A stretch of 64,000 bases of DNA from the human T2T-CHM13v2.0 reference genome, Homo sapiens. Within the stretch, counting starts at the first letter, position 1. Each line of letters opens with the position of its first letter. The notes beneath the pieces were generated by a model that saw only the letters and a list, made by a program, of their open reading frames with translations, was not told where the DNA came from and searched no databases. This document shows positions 13,816 to 28,080 of the stretch, one piece after another. Made by a program: the position numbers and the translations under genes. The DNA lies in the NCBI RefSeq assembly GCF_009914755.1, contig NC_060937.1. One strand, written 5' to 3'.

Positions 13816-14934
13816 CTCCTGTGGGAGGGAAGACAATGAAACTGGGCTCAGCACAGAGTTTCTGGAATTGGGCTGGCGGATTCCTACACTTGGTGTTATT
13901 TAGGACTGAATAAGCCAGACTTTGGTATTGCTCTGTGAATTATTGTCACTGTTTGGTTCAGCTTTTCTGAGTTAGACCCTAGAGGGTGGGAAATGGGACA
14001 CACCCTGCAGGAAATAGCTGTGGCTCTTCTTTAGGAGGTGAGCGTTGGCCTGAGAAAGGACCTCACTACTGGCCAGGAGGAAGTGAAGTTTGGATTCAGA
14101 AGTTCGGAGCTAATAAGATTCCCACTGATGGAGGCAGACTTGGTTTCTGACAGTGGGCACCCTGGGCAGGGGAAGCTGGGCAGGGCTGCTGAAGTCTGGT
14201 GGGAGCCCTGGATCTGTGAACTCTCACTTCTAGGAGGGACTGTGACCCCCACTTCTAGGAGGGGCTATCCTCTTTCTGCTAACCTTCAGCCTGCTGTGCA
14301 TTCCTGTTAGAAGTCATAGCTACTGTCATTTGTGCTGGTGGAACTAGGAAAGCAGTGTTCCTCTCAAGATATTATGGGGTCCCAGGGAGATGCAGTGTCC
14401 AGGGAAGCAGAGGCAGCAGCACAGCTGCAGGAAGAAGTCAGGGTGGAATCCACACAGAGCGCATTCCCAGGTGAGCATGTAGGCCCAGGGGCGTGGGCTG
14501 TAATTCCTTATGTATTAAAATAAAGTAGATTCTGTTTCATAGTCACCAGCTACTGAAGTCAGCAATATATACAAAATATACATTAGCAAAGCACAACTTC
14601 TTCTTCTGTCTCAAATGTCTTGTTGCTCCTACCAATTACTTGCCCTGCTTAATAGATACTCTTCACAATGGTTAACTCAGTATACTGTAGGTCATACATT
14701 AGTAGAAACATGCTCTTATAATGAGCGTGATCATGGTAGGTGCCAGGCAAGTACACTCCAAGCCCAGATGTCTAGGAAGATATATAGGGTCGGGTGGCAA
14801 TTGGCAAGGGAATTTGGACCTGAGGCCAGTGTCCTCCTGGTGGTGTGGGCATATGGGGGCATGGGTCTACCTGGAGGCCACTGCCTGGGAAAGCACTGGC
14901 TTCATTGATCCTCAGAGTGGGGACCATTGGCTGG

Positions 14935-15110
14935 CCACCTGAAAAATGACTGTCAAGCTTGATGGCCTTCTACAAGTTGTTTAATCTCTCTATGGTTTCT
15001 ACATCTGAAAACAGGCATAGCAATAGTTGTCACCTTGTAGGGTGGTTGTCAGCATGAAATAAATGGATACATACACAATGTTTAGAAAAGTGTCTGAAAC
15101 TAAGTCTTCA
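14935..15110 (+). mobile_element. MIR SINE
   Basis: ACAAGTTGTTTAATCTCTCTATGGTTTCTACATCTGAAAACAGG MIR core. Confidence 0.7.
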
Positions 15111-16034
15111 ATTCCCACCCTCATTTACTCATTGATCATTCAAGAAATATTCATTGAGTGAGAGATAGAAACTTTTTTGGGCTCTGAATAATGCAGGTAG
15201 AAGTATTTGCCTTCATGGAGCTTATTGCTAGGTCATAGAGTCGTAAAGACATTGCTAGTTTAATCCTTTCATTCACATCACACATTTCTCCTATGTTGAG
15301 AAGATGTGCAGGCTATGGGCTGGAAGCTGACCATGGGCTGGAAGCTGGCTTACTAGCTTTGCTGATGGGTAAGCATTTCTGATTTCTAGCTGAGATTGAA
15401 GGAAGAAAATGTGTCCCTATCAAAACTGTTCATTCTTTCTCAATTGCTAATGCTTCCTTGAGGATTTATGGATTCAGCACTAATAAACTGTGGATTGGAA
15501 GTTTAACTGAAAGACTGACCTATTTCACCTCTGTACTGGAAAGAAAAGCCCAGATTACAGTGAAATTGAGTTCCAGAAGTTAAGCAAGAGGAACTTCCAC
15601 TTTTGAACTCTGCAGTAGGAAGGGGTAGAAATTGAGAATTGGTTCAGACATGGAAGTTTATAGAGGATTCGAAAACATTTTTATTTTTTTCAGAGGGAGG
15701 GGCTTTCCAGGAATGCCCCAAAGCCCCCAATTCAATTTAAACACACAAAGAAAATCTCCACAGCTCCATGCCACATGGCGGTATTTCACTCCAACACAAG
15801 CTTTTTGGCATAGTGTCCAGGGCTAAATGTTTACAAATACTGCATTTTGTTTGTAGGGCTGGATCTCAGAGTTCAGATCTCATACTCTTTAGTTGCATTA
15901 ACTGATTCCAGGAAAAGAAACTAGGGAAAAGACTTACCAAAAGCAAAGAAAGAAAAACCAACAATATTTTCTCATCTTTAATCATGGAATTTGGCATGAG
16001 GAACCTCAGCTTTTTCATGTTTATCATAAAGTTT

Positions 16035-16560
16035 TACTTATTCATTTATTCCACAAAGGCTCTTTGAGAGTCGACTTTTTTTGCCAGGCATTGCACTCCA
16101 CATCAGAGATAGCACCGTGGGCACAAGAGCAACAGCAGTACCAAAAAGGTGTGGTCCTGGCCCTTATGGAGCTGACGGTTTAGTGGGGGAAATGGACAGT
16201 AGTGACATTGATTGTATAATTAACACTGGAGTGTTTCCAAGAGACAAGTTTCCATAAGAACGAATCCTAGGAGGAATTGCTTAATCAGGGAAGTTAGGGG
16301 GAGCTGAGCTCGGAAGGAGAGGGAAGGATGGACCAGATGAAGACGGAGAGATGGAGGCAGCGGGCTCCAGGAGGGAGCAATGTGTACAAAGGCTGCATGG
16401 TGCAAATCCCACCCTGGAGAGATGCCGGAGTGAGGAGCGCAGAGGCACAGAGATAGGGGAGTGGGAGAGGGGAGGCTGGCGTGGTTTACATTAAGGATTT
16501 TGACCACCATCAACACCTAGAGCTACTGAAATGTTTAAGGGGAGGTGTGACGAGTATGGT
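16035..16560 (-). mobile_element. L2 3' region
   Basis: TTATTCATTTATTCCACAAA...GCCAGGCATTG...CCTGGCCCTTATGGAGCTGACGGTTTAGTGGGGG. Confidence 0.75.
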
Positions 16561-17250
16561 TAGGTTTGTGGGGTTGGGTGGGACCACTTGTGCACGATCG
16601 GGGAGGAAATCTGTAGATTGTAGGTCTACCAACTATGAGAGGAAGGAGGGGAGGAAGAAGCGGGGTAGGGCAGGGGAGCTGCAGACCGTGACACAGATGT
16701 GACAAATTGTCAGACCACCCAGTGGGAGCTGTCTTAGTCAGCTTGGGCTGCTATAATGAAATGCCACAAGCTGGGGGCTGCAACAACAGAAATTTACTTT
16801 CTCACAGATCTGGAGGCTGAAAGTCTGAGATCAGAGTGCCAGCAGGGTGGGGTTCTTGGTGAGGGCCCTTTTTCTGGTTGTACTCTCACATGGCCTTTCC
16901 TTGGGGTCTGCAGGAAAAAGAGAGAGAGAGAAAATCTCAAGTCTCTTCCTCTTCTTATAAAGGTGTTAATTCTACTGTGGGGGCCTCACCCTCAGGACTT
17001 CATCTAAACCCAAACATTCAGTCCATAGCAGGAGCTCCAGAACAAAGATTTCTCCCTGGAGTCCTGCGTGGAGCAGAAGTGACCAGGCCCATGTCCCCAA
17101 TTATTCTTCTTCATAGGCTGGGAGCTACCAGAGTATTTGACCTTGGGCACAGCTGGGGTGGCCCCGATGGCGCTGCTGTCTGCTGATGGTCTCCACAGCT
17201 TCCCCAGCGAGGCCTTCCTGGAAGGAGTGCTGAGCAGCAAAGCTCTGTGG
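16560..17250 (-). mobile_element. LTR16-family LTR, split by an MLT1A0
   Basis: GGGCAGGGGAGCTGCAGACCGTGACACAGATGTGAC...GGGAGC|GGAGCTCCAGAACAAAGAT continuous across the insertion. Confidence 0.55.
16730..17030 (-). mobile_element. MLT1A0-type solo LTR (internally deleted)
   Basis: TGTCTTAGTCAGCTTGGGCTGCTATAA...ATTCAGTCCATAGCA; perfect 5-bp TSD GGAGC (16725-29 / 17031-35). Confidence 0.88.
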
Positions 17251-18446
17251 TCACGACTCAGGACAAAGGGGAACCAGCTGAACAGAGCCTTTCATGTGAC
17301 AACAAAAAACGACCTGGCTCAAACATCACGACAGGCATCTGTGGAGCCTGGGAAATGACCTTTCTCATGGGGAGAACACAGAACACACAAAGCTTTCTCT
17401 TAAAAGTCTACAAAATTATAATCTGATAACAACAGAACGTTTTGGTATTTTGAGTAATAGGTGTCACATCGGAATTGATATTTGCCAAATTTGGCATGAT
17501 AATTGAATGCTTTTTGCTTATTTATATTTCATATTTTAGTTGTTTTCTAATAACCAAAAACATTTGTGTATTTTTAATAATAGTAGAGGTAAATGAAATT
17601 TTACATGTCAGTAAAAAAACTGAAAGATGATGCTTGTAATTTCAAGTCGATTAAAGAAAATTATTAATAAAACAATAAAATACAAATTATACATTTTATA
17701 TTGTGATACTTAAAGTAGATGACCTGGTTTATCCCTGAAGAGAAAGCATGGATGCATAAACCAGACCATATTGTAAATATTTCAAATTCATTGGTAAACA
17801 TTGTTTTAAGAAGGTGATTAGCAAATATTGTTTCAAGAAGGTGATTAAGAAGGTGATGCAAAATTTGGAGTACTTTCTGTTTTGTATTTTTCGTGACTAT
17901 TTGTGAGCACTTGGTGCTTAAGACACACTCAAAGAGGTACTGACAATTTATCATATTCTAAAGCAATAAAACAGGTTGAAAATATCTAATCAGCTTCCTG
18001 GCTAATCAAGTAAATGTTACAGAAATGGGTCAATAAGATGGTTAGAAAACCCAGCAACTCCCTAGTATAGACCTCTTCCTTGAGCTCCAAATCAGATAGC
18101 TTTATCCATCTCTCTGAAAAGCATCTCCAATTTGAAACCTCTTTCTATTTCACCTGCTTCACCTGACAGGACCTACCTCCCCATCACCCACAGATCCACT
18201 GGCCCAGGTGTGTGTACCTAGTCCACCCAATCGCCAAAGCCAGGAACCTGGGGGCAGCCCAGGCTCCTTCCCCCTTCTCATAATATTCAACTGGCCACCA
18301 GATTCTGCCTTTTGACATTGCTCTGACCCCACCTCGCCTCTGCATGCCCTCCGACACTGCTTTAGCTCAGGACCCTGTCTCCCAGCTTCCTGGAGCAGGT
18401 GCCTCTCCCCTGGTCTCCCCACCTCCAGAGTTACCACTGTCTATGG

Positions 18447-18600
18447 CAGTGGCTTTCAAAGCCATTCCTGGACCAGCAGTAGCAGCTAGAAATGAGTTAG
18501 GAATGCAAATCCTCAAGCCCCATCCCAGACTTTCAGAATTGGAAACTCTGGGGGTGGGTCTGGCAATGGTGTTTGAGGGAGCTCTCGGGAGGCACTGATA
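18447..18600. mobile_element. MER5A hAT-Charlie MITE
   Basis: CAGTGGCTTTCAAAG...GGAATGCAAATCCTCAAGCCCCATCCCAGAC...GAAACTCTGGGGGTGGG. Confidence 0.8.
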
Positions 18601-18905
18601 GAGTAAAGGCCATTAGAGTGGGCTCTAGTTCAATATGACTGATATCCTTATAAAAAGAAGAAATTTGGACAGAGTCGTACAAAGAAGGAAGAAAATGTGA
18701 GGAGACACAGGGAGAAAATGACTGTCTACAAGCTAAGGAGAGAGGCCTGGAACAGACCTTTCCTTCACAGCCAACAGAAGGAACCAGCTTTGCCGACACC
18801 TTGATCTTGGACTTCCAGCTTCCAGACTGTGAGACCATCGGTGTCTGTTATTGGAGCCACCCAGCTCATGACACTTTGTTACAGTAGCCCTAGGGAACTA
18901 ACAGA
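18601..18905 (+). mobile_element. MLT1B-type LTR (5'-truncated)
   Basis: AATATGACTGATATCCTTATAAAAAGAAG and GCCGACACCTTGATCTTGGACTTCCAGC blocks. Confidence 0.85.
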
Positions 18906-19135
18906 GTAGTGAAAAGCAAGAATTCTCCAATGATGGATCCCTCAGCTTTGGCATTAACTAGCATTGTGACTATGAGCAAGTTACTTTATTTTTCTGTGCT
19001 TTGGTTTTGTCATCTGTAAGATGGGGCTGTATGTACCTCATAAACTTGCTAAAAAGATTAAATGAGTTGATTGTGTGGAGCACCTAATTAGTGGTTGGTA
19101 TAGAGGAGAACTAAATGTTGGCGAATGCTGCATAA
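18906..19135 (+). mobile_element. MIR SINE
   Basis: TGTGACTATGAGCAAGTTACTTT...TCATCTGTAAGATGGGG. Confidence 0.75.
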
Positions 19136-19238
19136 AATCTTCAAGTGCATCTGGCCTGCCTCTCCTCCCCGCCAGGACCGCATGTCACCATGGAAGATGG
19201 ATTTACAGACATGATGGGGAGCTTTTGTTCATGGTGGC

Positions 19239-19597
19239 TGATATGGTTTGGCTCTGTGTCTCCACCTAAATCTCACCTTGAATTGTAGTAATTCCCATGT
19301 GTCAAGCGGCTGGACCAGGCGGAGGTGATTGGATCATGGGGGTGATTTCCCTCATGCTGTTCTCGTGACAATGGGTGAGTCTCATGAGATCTGATGGCTT
19401 TATAAGCATCTGGCATTTCCCCTGCTTGCATTCATTCTCTCTCCTGCTGCCCTGTGAAGAGGCGCCTTCCACCATAATGGTAAGTTTCCTGAGGCCTCTC
19501 CAGCCATGCAGAACTGAGAGACAATCAAACCTCTTTTCTTTATAAATTACCCAGTCTGTGGTATTTCTTCATAGCAGCGTGAGAATGGACTAATGCA
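19239..19597 (+). mobile_element. THE1D-type solo LTR
   Basis: TGATATGGTTTGGCTCTGTGTC...GGACTAATGCA; TSD GTGGC/GTGGT. Confidence 0.9.
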
Positions 19598-19759
19598 GTG
19601 GTGATGCCACGGTAGAATGGGTAACACTTGATACAAGACAGACAGGTCAGACAGTAGGGGATCATTTCCTAGTTCCCTGGATGAGGGCTCATTCAAGTTG
19701 GGAAGGAAAAGAACCGGAGGACAGAATAAGTGTTGATGACAAATTTACCACTGACTAGA

Positions 19760-20221
19760 CACGCTACTTTCCTAGTGGGGCCGTAACAAATCACCACACA
19801 CCAGGTGGCTAAAACAGCATAAATTTCTGCTCTCACAGTTCTGGAGACCAGAAGTTAGAGATAAAGTGTTGGCAGGGCTTCTCTCCCTTTGAAAGCCCCA
19901 GGAGACAATCTGTTCCCTGTCTCCCACCCCCAGCTTCCGGTGGCTCCAGGAGCTCCTTGGTTGTGGCTGCATCATTCCAATTTCTGCCTCCATCTTCACA
20001 AGGCCTCCTCCCTGTGGTCTCGTCTTCTCTTCTGTTTCTTCTAAGGATACTTGCCATTGGATTTAGTGCTCACCAGAGCATTCCAGGATGATCTCATCTC
20101 AAGATCTTTAACTTAATTACATCTGCAAGACCCTTTTTCCAAATAAGGTCACACTCATAAGCTTCAGGGGTTAGGAAGTTGACCTATTGTTTGTGGGGGG
20201 GCCACCCTTCAACCTACTACA
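19760..20221 (-). mobile_element. MLT1C-type solo LTR
   Basis: CTCTCACAGTTCTGGAGACCAGAAG and AATTACATCTGCAAGACCCTTTTTCCAAATAAGGTCAC blocks. Confidence 0.85.
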
Positions 20222-20989
20222 GCAACTATTTTTCACAAACAAAACATCTAATTTAGTCTTTATAACAGTTCTGCAATATCTCCATTTCATGGATAAGGAT
20301 GCTTCCAAAAAGAGGGTGACAATGGTGCCCCAGGTTAATGGTAGAGCTAGGGTTTAAATATTGATATTCATGACCTACAGTCCCATGCCTGTCCTCTACT
20401 TATGCTTTGAGTTAAGCAAACTGCTCAAAATCTTTGACAGGGCAGCTTTTGCATCAGGCTGTGGACACTCCAACACAAGGGCTACACATGCGAGTGGAGA
20501 AAAGAATTGAGCTCGTGCATTTTCAGAAGACACCAGCTGTACAAGAAATATAATTTTCTTTGAAACACTGACAGTTTTATGCTCTTGCATCATGTTTGTC
20601 CTTACAATGAGGACATTCGCTTCTAATATTTAACTTACAGCTGGTAGGAAAAAATCTTTGAACTCTTCTGAAGGTTTGCACCAAATATTTTAAGATTCAA
20701 AAGCAGGCAAATAATTGTCATTTTCCTCAGCACATTTCCTCCTCTTGCAATATTGCCTGGTTTATTCACGCTTGAACAAAACTGTATAAATGAAACAAAG
20801 TTTTGTGTTTTTTACCGGGAAGCTCTCATTATCCATCCTTCATAATAAAAACCAAAACCAAAACCAATGTACATGATCATCTGCTTGACCTCCTTGATTT
20901 TTCATCTCACATACAGATACGTTCTAATCAGGATGTCAAAATTCCACTCTTCTTGCTTGGCTGGGGAATTCCGAAAAACAAAAAGAAAA

Positions 20990-21205
20990 CACTGGACTTT
21001 TCAGTTGAGAGTTAGGAATATATATATATTAGCTGTGTGACTTGGGTAAATAAGTTCAACTCCTTATGTCTCTGTTTTCTCATCTGTAAAATGAAGTTCA
21101 GTAATATTTATCTTATGGGCTTCTCATGCGAATTAAATAAAATACCACATTGACATCAGCTAGAATAATGCTTGGAATAGAATACAGTTAATCAATGCAT
21201 ACTTC
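20990..21205 (+). mobile_element. MIR SINE
   Basis: TAGCTGTGTGACTTGGGTAAAT...TTCTCATCTGTAAAATG. Confidence 0.8.
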
Positions 21206-21997
21206 CTCCTTCCCATTCTTCCTTCTTTTCTTTATTTGGCTAGAATTTCTCTTGTTTTGACTCTTTACTGAGTTTCCCATTGTTGGCAAAAAAAAAAAAC
21301 TTTCTCCAAAGCTGTTTTGAATTCTAGAACAATCCTTGTTATTTGGCCTTGGTTTCTATATTTTTTAGAAAAGTCAGCCCTTTTCTTTTGACTCTGCCTT
21401 CTAAATTTTCCGTCCTGGCATCTTTATAGTTTTACTAACTCTAAAATGTGTTTCTGGGATAAGTTTGTATGTAAACACCAGGCAATTTAAATCACTGAGT
21501 ATCTATTTCATCAGAGGAAGGGGCAGGGGCAAAGGAGGTTAGAAGAAACAGTGGATGTCTCCTATGGTCTCTCTCTCTTTTTTTGAGTCAAACTCTTCGC
21601 TTTCTGGTTTAAAAATGCTCTTACAAATTATATGAGCCTGGGGTTGGCCCAATTTTACCCTTTTGGAGGACGTTTAGCTTGCCTTTCTGCCGCTTTAGAT
21701 AGGAAGAGCTGGGAAAGAAAGCAGCTTTTTTCCTCTCTAGGAAAGACAACTTTGTATTCTTCCTAGGAGGTGAGGTGTGGACCAGGCCACAGTGTGGTGT
21801 TCTGAGCTGGTAGGAGGGGGTGCAGGGAGAATGTTAAGCACTGGCCCTTTGGGGAGGCAAGGTGACTTCCAGATTTGAGTTGCCTAAAGGTAGGGAAGCC
21901 TGTCCATTCTTACAGATTCTCTATCATTTCTGTCCTTGATCTAAACCAGACACTCGGAGAGTTGTACATTTGCTGCAGAATTGCTATGGACCCAACA

Positions 21998-22455
21998 GTA
22001 GTATCCCAGGGCTGTTGCAACAAACTCCCACAAAACAGGCACCTTAAAAGGCTAGAAATGTATTCTCAATTTATCATATTCTAAAGCAACAATACAGGTG
22101 CCAAAGTCAAGGCACCAGCAAGGCCGTGTCCTGTCTTCTGGTGTTGCCAGCAACCCTCAGAGTTCCTGCCTGGCAGCTGCCCCCTCCAGCCTCTGCTCCC
22201 TCGTCCCGTGGCATCTGTGTCTCACCATGGCGTTCTCCTCTCCATGTGCTCGTGTCTCTGTAGCTCTTCTCTGTGTCTTATAACGACACCATCATATAGG
22301 ATTAAGAGCCCAGTCTATTTCAGTGTGATCCCGTTTTAACTTCCATCTTATTTACATCTGCAAAGACCCTATTTTTTTAAAAAGGTCATGTTCCCATGGA
22401 CCAGGGGTGAGGACTTCAACGTATCTTTTAGGGGGACACAATCCAACCCATAACA
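21998..22455 (-). mobile_element. MLT1C-type solo LTR
   Basis: TTACATCTGCAAAGACCCTATTT...GTGAGGACTTCAACGTATCTTTTAGGGGGACACAATCCAACCCATAACA. Confidence 0.8.
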
Positions 22456-23291
22456 GATACATGAAGAACTGAGTTTCCCAGCCCTGGGAGTGAGCAGCAT
22501 GGAAGGTCACATGCATGGTGAGACAACGTGAACAGCGCAACACATTGGAGCTGGAAGATCTGGGTTTGAAGGCCACACAGCAGCTCAGTAGCGATGAGAT
22601 TTGGCCTCAGGTTCCTTGTCTAGAAAAGGGAGTGATGGGTCTCAGACCCATACATAAGATATTCGTTATGTGGCTCACATCACATTCAAATCTTTGTAAT
22701 ATGGCTCCAAACCGACCTTATCCTGTCATCTTTGATTTTATTCCTCTCTGTATGATCCGTGCATAAAGGGCTTCTTGGCTTTCTCCAAATCTGTCACATG
22801 GCTGCCATCTCCACTGCTGAGCTAATGCAGTTCCTTAAGCTATTAATGCCCTGCACACCATGCTTTTCTCCCCAAATATTTCCTCTCATCATCCCCAGGT
22901 ACTTGTCCCAGTCTCACATAAATGCTTCTTCAGCAGCAATTTCACAGTGGGCCTAACTATGCACATTTTCATGCAGCCCAGTATCAAAGTCACGGATCTG
23001 TTTCCTTCGTAGGACTGTCAGTTCTTTGAGGGAGGAAATGATGTCCTTCCACCCCCACCCCTTAGCTGTTTAATGAAGTCCTGCAGGATTAAAATCTGAC
23101 CAAATGGACTTGTGTACATAAAAATGTATCCTACGTGGAAAAGCAGAGGACAGGATTCTGATTACTATCCCTAGACAATACAAATTGAGGGAGCACTAAA
23201 AGGCCTGCCCAGTGAAAATTACCAGTTTCTAGCCTGCCACTGGGTTCCCCAGGTCTGCTACTGGTTTACTGTGAACAAACCTACTGGAGAC

Positions 23292-23581
23292 TTTTTTTTT
23301 TTTTTTTTGAGACAGAGTCTTGCTCTGTTGCCCACGCTGGAGTGCAATGTCGCGATCTCAGCTCACTGCAATCTCCGCCTCAGTAATTCTTCTGCCTCAG
23401 CCTCCCAAGTAGCTGGGATTACAGGCACACGCTAACATATCTGGCTAATTTTTGTATTTTTAGTAGAGAAGGGGTTTCACCATGTTGGCCAGGCTGGTCT
23501 TGAACTCCTGACCTCAGGTGACCCACCCACCTCGTTCTCCCAAAGTGCTAGGATTGCAGATGTAACCCACCGCACCCAGCC
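23292..23581 (-). mobile_element. AluS
   Basis: Poly-T then antisense Alu dimer with a short internal deletion near 23380. Confidence 0.95.
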
Positions 23582-25469
23582 TGACTTATCTTTTCAAAGG
23601 GATTGTTCCCGTGTTCCCTGGAAAGGAAAGCACTTGGCATTCATTGTCTCCCAGCTGGGAAAAGGTCTCCAAAAGAAGCACAATAAAGAGAGTAAAGTTC
23701 GAAGGGAGGGACAAATCAGACAGCATCCCCAGTAAAGTGGGTCTCAGGAGCCCTGTGTGGCATGCTGACTGGACAGGCATCGCTCAATTTGGGAGTGCTC
23801 TATCTGCCTGTGGTGGTTGGTGGATATCACTCATATGTGTGCTCTGTTAAAAGACTGTGGCCCATTGCACAAAGAGAAAAGGACTGGGCTCTGTACACCT
23901 AATTCTCTTCTCATCTTCAGTCCTTTCTTGGGGATCCCTGTGGAGCTGCTTTGTGACTTAAACAATTTGTGGTCTTGATGGTGTGATTGCTAATCAAGAA
24001 CATAGATGTATGCTGAAAACTTAGCATGTAGTCCAAGCCTGCCTGGCAACACATTACGGGGCTGGAGTATCACAGGCAGATCTCTGCATCCATGTCCCTT
24101 CCAACCTCACACACTGGCCACCTTCTCTGAAGCTCCATCGGGCAGTCAGAAACTGAAAGACCAAGAGCAGGGTTTCTTTCACCCCAAGTAGGATGAGAAA
24201 ACCTCATTTTTCCTCCCCTCAGCATAACTCAGGCATTTATAATGACTTACCGATGGGAATACAGAACAGAATTTGTCTTTACATATAAATAAAATTTGCT
24301 TAACTGTAACTCCCTGTGGCCAAGAGATATTGTGATGGTCCTCTTCCATTCTCTTTTTTCTTGGTCTTGATATTTTATTTCCCATGTCTGTGTACTGAGC
24401 AGCAAACCAAATTCACCATGCTATCCAATTTTCTCCATCTTTCTCCCTTTCCCAAATCCCTTAATAAAAGGCTTGCAATTTTAACTTTTCAGTGTATGCA
24501 GCACACCTAGGATGTTTGAAAATTAGAATTTTGTGTGAAAGCATTTATAGTCACTTTCTTTTTGAATTATTTCATCCTTCCTAGCTGAAAATATTCCATT
24601 TCTTTTTTTTTAAATGTGCGAACTAAAAATGGATATATTCTCTGATTTGAATGCTTTGCTTACTCAGAAATCAGCAGTATATAGATGCTATTACTATTGA
24701 TGTAGGCATAATTTTTCCCCTTATTTTTTATTCCTTTAACACATGGTCATGGCCTTTGCTATATCATGGCAGAGTTAATTAAGTTTTAGGCTTTTAGCCT
24801 AAATCACACTGTCTGCTTATTAGGTGTTACTGAAATTGTCTTTTTTGTTGCTGTATGCCTCAATAACAATCTAAACTGCATAAAAACAACAACCAAATTT
24901 AATACCACAAATAACAACCAGATTTTACAATTACATTTTGACTTAAAACAAAAGCTATATGTGAATTTTATGTTTTCTCTAGTGTCTTAACCTCTTTCTG
25001 ACATGATTATTGTGGGTATTTAACAAGGCAAAAGAAAAATATATCTGAAAATAGTAGATAACAAGGTTAATTGCTCAATTTAGAGTGTGTCAAGAGACAG
25101 CAAACCCAATCCTGTTGAGATCCACGTGGGGGCCATGGGCAGCAGTGCAGGAGAGGTGGTGACGGCCTTTCCACTTGTTCCCCTGCCACACTATTTGATG
25201 TTGCTTTGGAACCAGCATCATTTATAATTCTTGTTTCTCTCTCTGAAGCTCCATCCACCAACTGACAGGCTGTGGCAGGCACTGTATATTGTCTCATTCA
25301 ATACCTGCTCCGGCTTTGCCTTCTACACCCCAGGCAGGAAAACTAGTCAATGCACCTTAACCCCATGCCACAGGGGCGTCCCTGTTCTCTGAGTCCCCCC
25401 AAGCAGTTCCTTCCCGTGAGACCTGGAGGTGGATGTGCTCAGGGAGGTGGGGTCTTCTGGATACCACAT

Positions 25470-25810
25470 GGCAGTGATCATCCTGGATTATATAAGGTGG
25501 CCCAGCCTCATCACGTGAGTCTTTAGCAATGGAGAACCTTTTCTGGCTGGGCTAAAGAAATGAGACAGAAAGAGGAGGAGTAGAGATTTGAAGCATGATG
25601 GGACCCATCTTTGGAAATGGTGGGGAGGCCGGGAGCTAGGAAATGCAGGCGGCCTTTAGTAGCTGGAAATGGCGAGGAGAAACAGATTCCACTGGAGCCT
25701 CCAGCAAGGCGTGCAGCCCTGCCGACACCTGGATTTTAACCCAGTGAGACTCGTGTTAGACTTCCAATGTGGGTTATCTGAGCCACTCAGTGTGTGGTGT
25801 TTTGCTCTGG
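25470..25810 (+). mobile_element. MLT1D/E-type LTR fragment
   Basis: GGAATGCAGGCGGCC-like block; GAGCCTCCAGCAAGGCGTGCAGCCCTGCCGACACCTGGATTTTAACCCAGTGAGAC. Confidence 0.7.
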
Positions 25811-26025
25811 CTGGTCCCCCTGTGTCGGAGTTTCTAGCAGTGTGCTTTTGGAGTCATTAGTAGTGAGTGTGCGACTGGGATGGTAGAGTATTTCCACTGG
25901 GACAGTTCAGTGGTAGGTTGAACTTTTCTACTGGACAGGTTACATAATTTGCGAGGCCCAGTGTGAAATGAAAATGTGGGACCCTTGTTCAAAATGTAAG
26001 AGAAAAAGTGCAGTTAAAGATATTA

Positions 26026-26314
<289 letters not shown>

Positions 26315-26459
26315 AAAGATATTAAGACATAAGCTTTTTCCTTTGGTTTCTCAACTTGTGACATATTTTATTTGCTAATTAAGAGCCTTCTAAATAAAGA
26401 CATTTAAGAAAATTTTAAAGATTTTTAAAAATTAAAAAAAATTAATCTTTAAAAAATGT

Positions 26460-26670
26460 ATTTTATTTTTTTAGAGATGGGGTCTTACTCTGTCACCCAG
26501 GCTGGAATGCAGTGGCAGCATCCTAGCTCACTGAAGCCTCAAACTCCTGGGCTCAAGTGATCTTCTGCTGCAGCCTCCTGTGTAGCTGGGACTACAGGCT
26601 CTCATCACAAAGCCTGGCTAATTCTTTAATCTTTTTTAGAGATGGGAGGTCTCCCTTTGTTGTTTAGTCT
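26460..26670 (-). mobile_element. AluJ, partial
   Basis: GAGATGGGGTCTTACTCTGTCACCCAGGCTGG...AACTCCTGGGCTCAAGTGATC. Confidence 0.85.
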
Positions 26671-26701
26671 GAAAGAAAAATTAAAATGTTAAAATATTGT
26701 A

Positions 26702-26800
26702 TTCCCAGCAACTCAAGAAGCCAGGATGGGAGGATTTTTGAGCCAGGAGGTTGAGTCCAGCCTGGACAACATAGTGAAACACCATCTCAAAAAAAAAAAA
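26702..26800 (+). mobile_element. FLAM / Alu monomer fragment
   Basis: TCCCAGCAACTCAAGAAGCC...GAGCCAGGAGGTTGAGTCCAGCCTGGACAACATAGTGAAAC plus poly-A. Confidence 0.8.
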
Positions 26801-27654
26801 TTCGTATGAATTTTGTTGTTATCCTTATATTGTACATTGGTAGCTTTAAATGTAAATATAAAAACATTTAATATGTATGCAGAATCACCAAAATGACACA
26901 ACTTGTGTTTTCTAGCTTATAAATGCGTATGTATTTTGTTCTTACCACAACCACGGAAATGCTGAACAAAACTAACCCAGCTGTTTCTGTGTCACTTTTT
27001 GACATAGGTACTTTCTTTAGCTGCAGATCAGTTAGGGCATTCTGAAAGGAAATGGGTTGCCCTCTCTGTCTCTTTCTTTCTCTGTCACCATTTTTCAGTA
27101 TGCCTGGCTAACTTATACAGGGAAGCCACACAGGCGAGAAAAGGTGTGATCGAGTTCCTTAGTTGTTCACACCTTCATTCTGTGCAGGAAACAAGTTCTA
27201 GTTGGAATGGGAAGCTCATTCAACAACCAGGCATCATCCGCCCACCAGGATCTCATGCTCCTAAGGCACCGGCTCACTCCAGGAGACTGAGATGGCTGAA
27301 AATGAAGAACAGGTGTATCTTGCAAATCTCCCCACATATAAACATTCTACGTGGACTTCACCTACAAAACGCAAGCTCAGAAATAAAGTCGTTCAAATTT
27401 CAAGATGGTGACAGCAGGGTATTACCCCAACCTGTGGGGTCTTGTGAGCATGGGACCTGATGTAACTGCACAGTCACATGGCCCAGCTACTAGATATTTC
27501 TCTACTGGCTTATGTGTGTTGTGTAGCATATCAGCCTGGTTCTTTGCTCTCTTGGAGATTTTGAGAGTTACTTAATGTCTGTTAATAAATTTCTTTATGT
27601 TTCCAATAGCAAGAGGGGATTCTGTTGTTTGTCCCAAATCAAGACTAGGTTAAC

Positions 27655-28080
27655 TAATGGGTTGAATTGTGTCACCTTCAAAAAAGATGTTAAAGTCCTT
27701 AGTATTTCAGAATGCAACCTTATTTGAAATAGGTCATGAGTCTAGAGTTAGGTCCTAATCCTATACAACTGATGTCCTTATAAAAAGGGAAACTTGGACC
27801 CAGAGACATACTCAGAGGAAGAACGCTGTGTGAAGGCGGAGGCAGAGGTCAAGGGGATTCATCTATGAGCCACAGACTGCCACAGACTGCCAGCCAACCC
27901 TCACCAGAGCCAGGAGAGAGGCACAGGGCAGAGTCTACCTCATACCCCTCAGAAGGAGTCAACGGTGCTGATACCTTGATTTCTGACCTTTACCTTCAGA
28001 ACTGTGAGACAATAAATTTCTATTGTGTAAGCCACCCAGCTTGTGGTTCTTTGTTATGGCAGTCCTAGCAAGTGAATACA
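27655..28080 (+). mobile_element. MLT1B/C-type solo LTR
   Basis: ATGGGTTGAATTGTGTC start; CTTCAGAACTGTGAGACAATAAATTTCTATTG...GCAAGTGAATACA end. Confidence 0.85.
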